Assembly: GCA_963739305.1 (NCBI GenBank)
Contig: CAVTZU010000013.1
Coordinates: 32,001 to 96,000, forward strand
Direction: 5' to 3'
From: Candidatus Bathyarchaeota archaeon
GTDB taxonomy: Archaea > Thermoproteota > Bathyarchaeia > Bathyarchaeales > Bathycorpusculaceae
Length of the DNA: 64,000 nt
The notes beneath the pieces were generated by a model. The model was not told the origin of the DNA. It was given only the letters and a program-made list of their open reading frames with translations, and ran no database searches. Shown here one piece after another: positions 50,596-57,688 of this stretch. The first letter of the stretch is position 1; every line of letters begins with the position of its first letter. Position numbers and translations under genes: made by a program.

Positions 50596-51111
50596 TTATT
50601 GAGAGCGCTCTTTTTTCTTTCTTTTTCGCTTCGTCCGTTGAAACTTGTCGACGATGTCAACCTGCTCTGTCGGAAAATACCACGGCATCGTTACGTAGGA
50701 GCTTGGGCGAACACCTCTTGACCTGTTTCCTTGGTTTTCACGCTTCTTTATCCTTGCAATCTCCCCTTTCCTTCTCCTAATGTCTGCGATCAATTGGTTC
50801 AGTTTCGTAACGAGCTTTTCTCCGTCCTCGCGTCCTAACGGAATCACGATGTCTCTACGATGAGGCAGGTCCAATTTGACGTTTCCTTTTTCGTCCAAAC
50901 GTACCCATCTTATGTCCGCAGGATGTATGTGAAGTGGAACAAAAATGCTAAGCAAACTGCCAAGGGTCTCCTTGAGGACAGGCTTGTTCTCAAGTGCTTC
51001 CTTGATTTCATCCTTGAAGCTTCCTTTCAAGTCTACCTTCAACAGATTCTCATAAAGCTTCACTGTGAAGTGAGGTCTGTCAAATTCTAGAACTGCCTTT
51101 GTTTGGGTCAG
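50596..51111 (-). CDS. Hypothetical protein (probable CTG start)
   Basis: Frame stays open upstream of 51063 to a CTG preceded by GGTGA. Confidence 0.65.
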   Translation of the reverse strand: MTQTKAVLEFDRPHFTVKLYENLLKVDLKGSFKDEIKEALENKPVLKETLGSLLSIFVPLHIHPADIRWVRLDEKGNVKLDLPHRRDIVIPLGREDGEKLVTKLNQLIADIRRRKGEIARIKKRENQGNRSRGVRPSSYVTMPWYFPTEQVDIVDKFQRTKRKRKKKERSQ

Positions 51112-51325
51112 GTTATCACCTTCTCTGTGCGCAAGTACAACACTATTCTGTTAAGAATCCACAAGAGGTAATTAGACATTTTGAAGGCTGGGATGGCGTC
51201 AAGCGCAGGCGCACGATTATTCGGTCAATAGTTTTCGGTAGCTACTTAGCTGGTACTTCCTACAAATAGCGCCTTTGATAGCTTAAATACCCGAACCCAG
51301 CATACGTAAAGTACAGGTTTTAAAC

Positions 51326-51859
51326 ATGTCCCGGGCTTCAACTGGAAATTCTAGCCCAGTGCTTTGGACGGGCAAACCCTGGATAACTCCTGCTGCAGTG
51401 GCAAGAACCATAATTGTCATCGTTGTTGCAATCGCCGTGATCTTGCTTGAACTTATTTTCAAACTGGACTATCCACTCCTGAACTTGCCATTGACGTTGT
51501 GGACTGCTTTTGTGTTCTTTCTGATATGGGCGGCCAGCTTGGTTCATCTGCTTCTAGTTTGGGCCTCGAACACGTACATTCTCAGAAACGACAGTTTAGA
51601 AATAAGAACTGGAATTCTGGCTTCAAAGGCCTTCGTCGTCGCAGCCTCGGGGTTCGCAGACATGGAGGTCACAAAGTCGATTACCGGGAGAATCCTGAAC
51701 TTCGGAGACATAATCATTCGCACACAAGACGAGAGCGGAGCAGACAAGATAATGCATACAATTAGGAATCCAATGAAAGTGAGCGGTCAAATAAGAGAAG
51801 TAATGTCGAAACCCATGGTCAGAATAGAAGGAATGCCCCCGACAGAAACAAAGAAATAG
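51326..51859 (+). CDS. Membrane protein with bacterial PH (bPH_2) domain
   Basis: Two TMs, Y.L....L.IRTGIL, GRILNFGDIII.T. Confidence 0.85.
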   Translation: MSRASTGNSSPVLWTGKPWITPAAVARTIIVIVVAIAVILLELIFKLDYPLLNLPLTLWTAFVFFLIWAASLVHLLLVWASNTYILRNDSLEIRTGILASKAFVVAASGFADMEVTKSITGRILNFGDIIIRTQDESGADKIMHTIRNPMKVSGQIREVMSKPMVRIEGMPPTETKK

Positions 51860-51950
51860 CGTTTTCATGCGGAGCTCAACATGCAAAGATTCCTTTTTTA
51901 AGTGCGAAACTGGAAAGACATTTTAGAAGGCTCAGAAAGACTAAACATCG

Positions 51951-52154
51951 TTGATCCGAGTGGGAAAAGAAACAAAACATACTGGCAAATGTTATGATTG
52001 CGGCGGTTCACTGGAACTCTACGAAATGGACCTGGACAAGTCTACAAAGATAATGTTATGCCAAACCTGCGGATTGTTCCACTTCTACAAGAAAGATTTC
52101 ATAGGCAACTACAAACTCACAAAAGTGTCCAAAAACCCTGAAGTCAAGCTTTAG
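51951..52154 (+). CDS. Small zinc-finger protein
   Basis: CYDCGG...CQTCG. Confidence 0.7.
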   Translation: MIRVGKETKHTGKCYDCGGSLELYEMDLDKSTKIMLCQTCGLFHFYKKDFIGNYKLTKVSKNPEVKL

Positions 52155-52203
52155 CCTGACCAAGTGGAAGCACTCATCAACATGCGCCAGGTTGGCATAA
52201 GCG

Positions 52204-52995
52204 TTGGACTTGATAGGAAACTTTCAGGAGATAGCCACACACCGGGGCTGGGGCGAAGAATTTCTCAACAATGCCGCAGTGAAGAACCGCGTTTGCGGCT
52301 TAATTGAACTTGACGTAACCAAGGCCCGGGAGCACATCCGCCGTCACGAGGAGAAGACTGGCGAGACCCTGTCCTTCATGGGTTGGATAATAAAATGCAT
52401 AGGACAAGCCGTCAGCGAAGATAAACAGGTGCAAGCCTACAAGAGGGGAAGAAACAAACTCGTGATTTTTGACGATGTCGACGTCAGTGTTGCAGTGGAA
52501 CGAAAAGTCGGCGGAGAGAAGATTCCTGTCCCTTACGTCGTGAGGAAAGCAAACGAAAAAACCTTCAAAGAGATACATAACGAGATCCGAGCTGCCCAGG
52601 CACAAGAAATGACCGGCCCAATACTGGGAGCCGAAAGAACGCCACGAGTCTTGAATGTCTTCCAGAAGCTGCCCAGTTCACTCAGAAAAATAGGCTGGTG
52701 GAAGTTCAGAAGGGATCCGTTCTTGAAGAAACGAACAATGGGAACGGTTGGCATAACAGCAGTTGGGATGTTCGGAAACATAGGAGGATGGCCCATCACA
52801 ATAGGATTTCATTCCCTGGAATTCGCGCTCGGAGGAATAACCAAGAAGCTGAAAATAGTTGAGGGCGGAACCGAAGTACGCGAGTACCTAAGTTTGACCG
52901 TGATTTTTGATGAAGACGTTACTTATGGCGCACCTGCGGCTCGATTCACTCAGCGGCTGGCCGAACTGGTGCAGGATGGTTTCGGGCTTGAATGA
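52204..52995 (+). CDS. Stand-alone 2-oxoacid dehydrogenase E2 acyltransferase catalytic-domain protein (catalytic His motif altered)
   Basis: ELDVT, DVSVAVE, GTVGITAVGM, LSLTVIFDEDVTYGAPAARF. Confidence 0.85.
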   Translation: MDLIGNFQEIATHRGWGEEFLNNAAVKNRVCGLIELDVTKAREHIRRHEEKTGETLSFMGWIIKCIGQAVSEDKQVQAYKRGRNKLVIFDDVDVSVAVERKVGGEKIPVPYVVRKANEKTFKEIHNEIRAAQAQEMTGPILGAERTPRVLNVFQKLPSSLRKIGWWKFRRDPFLKKRTMGTVGITAVGMFGNIGGWPITIGFHSLEFALGGITKKLKIVEGGTEVREYLSLTVIFDEDVTYGAPAARFTQRLAELVQDGFGLE

Positions 52996-53125
52996 AGTGC
53001 TCTGCTAAATTTCCTAATCATGCGCCCCGTTGAGCCAAATGGGTGGAAATTTCTTTGTAGAATTTGACGTGCGTGTTTTGACGACGATTCTTCGCTAGCT
53101 TTACCGTTTGTGGCTCTGCGTTTTT

Positions 53126-54031
53126 CTATTGACCAGCGATCATCTTCTTCGCGAATTCTTCAACAGAGGTGAGTCCGATGCCGAATGTACGAACGATCTC
53201 AGTCATGTCCATCGGTGAGTCGAACATATCGAAGGAAGCTAGCATTGGAAGCAGACTCTCAGGAAAGCCAGGCACAGGTTCACCTGGAGCAACGTGATTG
53301 ACAACGATCTTGCGATTCAGCAAACGCTCATAGACTCCAACAACATCGAGAAATGACAACGGTTCTGGACCACCAATCACTAGACGCTGATTCACTGCTT
53401 TGGGATTGCCAACACTAGCAATCATGATTTTTGCGACGTCTACGGCTGATATCCAAGAGTGTTTCCGGCGGCCTTCTCCCACTAAGGTTACGGGTTTTCC
53501 ATTGATTGCAGGTAATCCCACTGTGTTAGCAACCCAAAACTCCATGTAGGCATTTGGAGCAATAATAGTGTGTCTTAATCCGCTCTGGCGAAGGTATTCT
53601 TCGGTTTTTCCCTTTGCCTGCAGAAACGGTACGGGGCTGTTTGCGTCGGCGGTACTTGCTGAAACGAAAATGAACTGCTTGACTCCGGCTTCTTTGGCGG
53701 CGTCGATCAGATTGTGATTTCCCGCGAGATCCACTGTTTGCGGGTTGTCTGGACCACCTCGTTTCGCGGAATTTGCCGTGGTGATAACTACTTCGACTTC
53801 TTTGCAGGCAGGGTTGAGTGAGCTCGGATCTTTTAGATCTCCCATGATTATTTGGGCTCCAGCTTTAGCCAAAGGCTGGGCTTTCGATTGGTCCCGCACT
53901 AGACATCGCACGGGTTTGTTCTGCGCGAGCAACATCCTAGCGATGGCGCCTCCAAGGTCGCCCGTGGCCCCCGCGACAAGAATCGTGCTCCTATTCGTAA
54001 CTGTGTTTTTGCTAAAAGGATTTTTTATCAG
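53126..54031 (-). CDS. NmrA-like / atypical SDR NAD(P)-binding protein
   Basis: ILVAGATGDLG, VRCLVR, NLIDAAKEAGVKQFIFVS; start uncertain (CTG at 54031 after a G-run, ORF open to 54133). Confidence 0.88.
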   Translation of the reverse strand: MIKNPFSKNTVTNRSTILVAGATGDLGGAIARMLLAQNKPVRCLVRDQSKAQPLAKAGAQIIMGDLKDPSSLNPACKEVEVVITTANSAKRGGPDNPQTVDLAGNHNLIDAAKEAGVKQFIFVSASTADANSPVPFLQAKGKTEEYLRQSGLRHTIIAPNAYMEFWVANTVGLPAINGKPVTLVGEGRRKHSWISAVDVAKIMIASVGNPKAVNQRLVIGGPEPLSFLDVVGVYERLLNRKIVVNHVAPGEPVPGFPESLLPMLASFDMFDSPMDMTEIVRTFGIGLTSVEEFAKKMIAGQ

Positions 54032-54249
54032 TGACCCCCCAGGTTCATTTGGCTCTTCTGGCTTAAAGAGTTTATCGTCAATGGTGAATATGCACAGATT
54101 TGTACGTGTTTTGTGAATCAGAACTGCAAACAACTGAAAACTCTATTTCATTTGCTAAGAAAAGATGAACGGTGATTTGTCAAAAATCCTCGTTATGCTT
54201 AAGGTTTAATTGGAAGTGGGCTTCGATAATAGAATGAGAGGCGGGGATT

Positions 54250-56817
54250 GTGGAAAATGATTTGAAGCTTCCGATTTTCAAAGAACCTCTATTTGTCGGA
54301 AGAGAACCAGAGCTTCAGCAACTGCAACAGTTGCTCGATTCCTCACGTGCAGGAAAAGGAGCTACGGTCTTTGTCTTCGGCGAAGCAGGAGCTGGAAAAA
54401 GCAGACTCGTCAAGGAATTTCTGAAGACCGTCAGAGAGAAGGAAATCACCGTGGTGAAGGGATTCTGCATGAGCAAGACTCCTGTCCCGTATTTTCCGTT
54501 CATAGAAGCTTTCAATGCCCTCTCCTCGTCTGACCATGACCAAGACATCAGCAAGAGCGCGAAGGAACACTTGGGAATAATGGGATGGCTAAAGGGAAAT
54601 GAAATGGTAGCAGCTGAATCCATTGGGATAGCAGGATGGCTAAAAGGTCCAAAACATGATAAGACGACAAGAGAACAGCCGACACTGAGCGCTGAAATCA
54701 GGAAGGACATGACCTACGCGGCTGTGGCAAGAGCCCTGCATTCAATTTCTACAGATAAACCCTTGATTCTGTTCATAGATGACATTCATTGGGCTGACTC
54801 GGCCTCTCTGGCTTTGCTTCACTACATATCACGCACCATTGCCTCGTCGAAAGTTCTCATCGTAGTCACTGTGCGGCTTGAAGAAGCAAGTCAGGATGCC
54901 GACGGTCGTCCTCAACCTTTGGCTGAAACTCTGCAATTGATGCGGCGTGAAGACCTATTTGTCGAAATCAAAGTCCCCAGTCTGGACAAACCTGAAGTCG
55001 TGAAGTTAGCTGAACTGATGGTCAATGGACCGATTGAGGAAGAATTTGTTGAAAAACTTTCAAAAGACAGCCAGGGAAACCCACTTTTCGCAGTTGAATC
55101 TGTGAGGATGCTGATTGAATCTGGAAGTTTGGTCTGCAAGGATGGGACATGGTGTCTTACTACAAAGGAACTGAGCATACCGACAAAAGTGAAAGACGTC
55201 ATACTTTATCGGCTCAACCGACTGACAGCGATTCAGAGAAGAATGCTTGATCTGGGATCGGTAATCGGAGAAAGATTTGACCCTGCACTACTTGGGGCGG
55301 TTCTCTCTCAAGATAGGCTAGTCGTCTTAGAGACTTTGAACATGATCGCGCACTCAACTCTTCTAATTTATCCAATTGAGAATGTGTACAAGTTTGGCCA
55401 CGGGAAGTTTCGAGATGTGCTTTACGACGAAATATCTCATCCTTTGCGACGAGAATACCACGAAAGAATCGCAGAGAAAATCGAGAGTCTCACAAAGGAA
55501 ACCACAGAACTGCCAGTCAATGACTTGGCATTTCATTATGTTCAAGCAGGAAACAACGAAAAAGCAATTCAATATAGCATCGTTGCGGGTGAAGATGCCC
55601 TGAAAAGGTTCAGCAATACGGAAGCCATCAAGGCTTTCAATTATGTCCTGAAAACCACGTCAGAAAATCCAAGATACTCGGCAGAGAGGCTCGTCGCTTC
55701 GGAAGGCTTGGGCGATGCCTTCTCGGCTGAGGGCGCATTCGAGGAAGCGGCAAAAACGTTTGAGCATTTAGGCCGTATCGCGGAGTCGGGTGGAATAAGG
55801 CTTCGCGCACTCAGGAAGGCTATGACTGCATCTTTCAACAGGGGAGATTTCCTCCATGCATTAGAATTGGCGGATAAGACTGAGAAAGACTCTGCTTTTG
55901 ACAAGCTGGAGTACGCAAGGGTTCAAGTGTATAGGACAAAAACGAATAATTTCAGGGGTAACCTTCCCTTCGTTAAGGCTTTAAATGAATTGGAGAATTG
56001 TCTACAGATTTTCGAGGAGAAGAACTCCAGTCCTGACGTGGCCGATGCCTTGCTAGAAATTGGGACTCTTTACGTGACGGACTCACAAGGAGCAGAGGCT
56101 GTGCCTTTTCTCCAACGTGCTATCGATCTGTACGAGAGATTGGGAAACTCCCGAAAGCAGACTGAGGCATATTTTTGGGCTGGAAATGCGCAATTCACGC
56201 ATGGTTCTCATCAGGAGGCTCTTGACAATTGGGAAAAAACCATCAAGATTGGGGAGAAGATAGGCGACTACAACAGGATGGCATGGGCCAGACTGTATTC
56301 CGGCCTTTTGCACGAATCTATGGGAGAGCTTAAAGAAGCGCTCGAAGACTCCCTGAAAGGGATCGAATATGCTGAGAAAACAGATTCATACTATGTGCGG
56401 AGCATGATATATGCAAACATCGCTAGAGATTGCGCGAAACTCGGGGATTCCAAACGTCTAGAGGAATTCAGGGAGAAATTCACCAAATCATTTGTTGATG
56501 CGGGTAAGACGTCAAGCAAACTGGCAAGAGCCGTAGGTGTTCGCACGGAGGCTGTCCTGTTCGCGGTAGATGGTCATTGGGACGAAGCGAATAACCATTT
56601 TGAACACTGCCTTGAATTGTTTAAAGGAGCGGCAGCTGCCATTGTTCATGAAGCAATGGCCAGGGCTGATTATGCTTGGGCGCTTAGAAAGCAGGGAAGA
56701 ATTGTTGACGCAAGAAGGCAGATTGAAGAGACCAAGAAGTTGTATGAAAAGGTCGGAAGTAGATCTAATGTGGAGAGAATGGAGACAATGCTGGTCGAAA
56801 TCAAGGAGCCTTCATGA
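54250..56817 (+). CDS. STAND-type AAA ATPase with C-terminal TPR repeats
   Basis: FVGRE.EL, GEAGAGKS, LFIDDIHWAD, GNPLF, YKF.H, LAFHY, then TPR-like helices. Confidence 0.92.
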   Translation: MENDLKLPIFKEPLFVGREPELQQLQQLLDSSRAGKGATVFVFGEAGAGKSRLVKEFLKTVREKEITVVKGFCMSKTPVPYFPFIEAFNALSSSDHDQDISKSAKEHLGIMGWLKGNEMVAAESIGIAGWLKGPKHDKTTREQPTLSAEIRKDMTYAAVARALHSISTDKPLILFIDDIHWADSASLALLHYISRTIASSKVLIVVTVRLEEASQDADGRPQPLAETLQLMRREDLFVEIKVPSLDKPEVVKLAELMVNGPIEEEFVEKLSKDSQGNPLFAVESVRMLIESGSLVCKDGTWCLTTKELSIPTKVKDVILYRLNRLTAIQRRMLDLGSVIGERFDPALLGAVLSQDRLVVLETLNMIAHSTLLIYPIENVYKFGHGKFRDVLYDEISHPLRREYHERIAEKIESLTKETTELPVNDLAFHYVQAGNNEKAIQYSIVAGEDALKRFSNTEAIKAFNYVLKTTSENPRYSAERLVASEGLGDAFSAEGAFEEAAKTFEHLGRIAESGGIRLRALRKAMTASFNRGDFLHALELADKTEKDSAFDKLEYARVQVYRTKTNNFRGNLPFVKALNELENCLQIFEEKNSSPDVADALLEIGTLYVTDSQGAEAVPFLQRAIDLYERLGNSRKQTEAYFWAGNAQFTHGSHQEALDNWEKTIKIGEKIGDYNRMAWARLYSGLLHESMGELKEALEDSLKGIEYAEKTDSYYVRSMIYANIARDCAKLGDSKRLEEFREKFTKSFVDAGKTSSKLARAVGVRTEAVLFAVDGHWDEANNHFEHCLELFKGAAAAIVHEAMARADYAWALRKQGRIVDARRQIEETKKLYEKVGSRSNVERMETMLVEIKEPS

Positions 56818-56912
56818 ACGGCGCTGGTCTCACGATAGTACGGACTGGTTGTTCGGTTTTTTGAGGCAACGTTGAAAGAGCTATGATTTTTTAATAAGTG
56901 ACTTGGTATTCG

Positions 56913-57116
56913 CTATTCGGTCAGTACGAGCGGTCCCAGCTTGAGAACTATCGAGCCGTCCACCTCAAGGAAACACAACGTATCACCAGGTCGCAACCCA
57001 AACTTCTTCCTGACCTCAGTGGGCACTGTTATCTGGCCTCGCGCCGTCATTTTTGATTGCCCCCTCAAAATTGCCTCAACGGAAGCGTGTTCTTCATTTC
57101 TTGTTTCTCGACTCAA
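56913..57116 (-). CDS. AbrB/MazE/SpoVT family DNA-binding protein
   Basis: SKMTARGQITVPTEVRKKFGLRPGDTL.F. Confidence 0.9.
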   Translation of the reverse strand: MSRETRNEEHASVEAILRGQSKMTARGQITVPTEVRKKFGLRPGDTLCFLEVDGSIVLKLGPLVLTE

Positions 57117-57269
57117 GGTTACTCAGCACTCTCCAGTCACTTTTGGAATGTTATTGCAAGTAAATCAATAAAAGACTTACTGTGTTGTATTATCATGCGT
57201 TTCTTACAATTTTTTAAGAACAGATTAGAATGTATAGTAATGACGAGGAAAAGTCGGGGGGTGAGGAAA

Positions 57270-57590
57270 ATGGAAAAGAAACCTGACGAAAAAGAACCAG
57301 TTAAGGTGAAGGAGAAGGCCAAGCTGTATCCGAAGCTTATGACGCCGGTAAGAGCCGCGATTGCACCTAGTCTCGCCAAGTCTGCTGCCCGAACAAGTGC
57401 TCGTACTAGTGCGCGAACAAGCGCACGAACAAGTGCCCGAACAAGTGCTCGCACAAACGCACGCACCAATGCTAGAACAAATGCTCGCACGAACGCGCGA
57501 ACGAACGCACGAACGAACGCTCGTACCAATGCGCGGACGAACGCCCGAACAAATGCTCGCACAAACGCGCGGACAATGACGCAGGCGTAA
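57270..57590 (+). CDS. Repeat-containing putative precursor peptide (38-aa leader + AART, 5x SART, 10x NART + MTQA)
   Basis: GGGGGTGA upstream of ATG 57270; 12-nt units vary almost only at synonymous sites; directly upstream of an RRE-protease. Confidence 0.85.
   Translation: MEKKPDEKEPVKVKEKAKLYPKLMTPVRAAIAPSLAKSAARTSARTSARTSARTSARTSARTNARTNARTNARTNARTNARTNARTNARTNARTNARTNARTMTQA
57384..57575 (+). repeat. 16 x 12-nt imperfect coding tandem repeat
   Basis: Units (AGY/AAY)-GCN-(CGN/AGA)-ACN, first unit starting GCT. Confidence 0.95.
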
Positions 57591-57591
57591 A

Positions 57592-57613
57592 TGTCGTGAG
57601 CGCTCTCGCGACA
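57592..57613 (+). promoter_or_regulatory. Stem-loop right after the precursor gene (attenuator or stabiliser)
   Basis: TGTCGTGAG-CGCT-CTCGCGACA, 9-bp stem with one G-U; T-rich tract at about 57647-57664. Confidence 0.55.
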
Positions 57614-57688
57614 AATCGTTGCGTGGAGATAAACAACTTCACTAGTATTTTCTTTGTTTGTTTTCATTCAGAATAGAGAGGGGGGCGC

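Noticed and set aside
54568-54650. Internal duplication GIxGWLKG in the STAND ATPase
   Set aside because: Short local duplication in a variable loop; no evidence of separate function.
57057-57269. N-terminal extension of the precursor given by the ORF track (177 aa)
   Set aside because: Overlaps the AbrB gene and the AT-rich promoter spacer; ATG 57270 has the good SD.
57321-57350. Lasso-type YxxPxL leader motif
   Set aside because: Sequence is KLYPKL; only PxL matches, the Tyr spacing differs, and no lasso cyclase is present.
57384-57575. Possible CRISPR array or DNA microsatellite
   Set aside because: No spacers; the 12-nt units vary at wobble positions, as expected for a coding repeat.
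57137-57667. Antisense and alternate-frame ORFs over the repeat (RAFV/RALV, Cys-rich, EQ-rich)
   Set aside because: Shadows of the stop-free repeat; only the + frame from 57270 has an SD, near-invariant residues and operon context.
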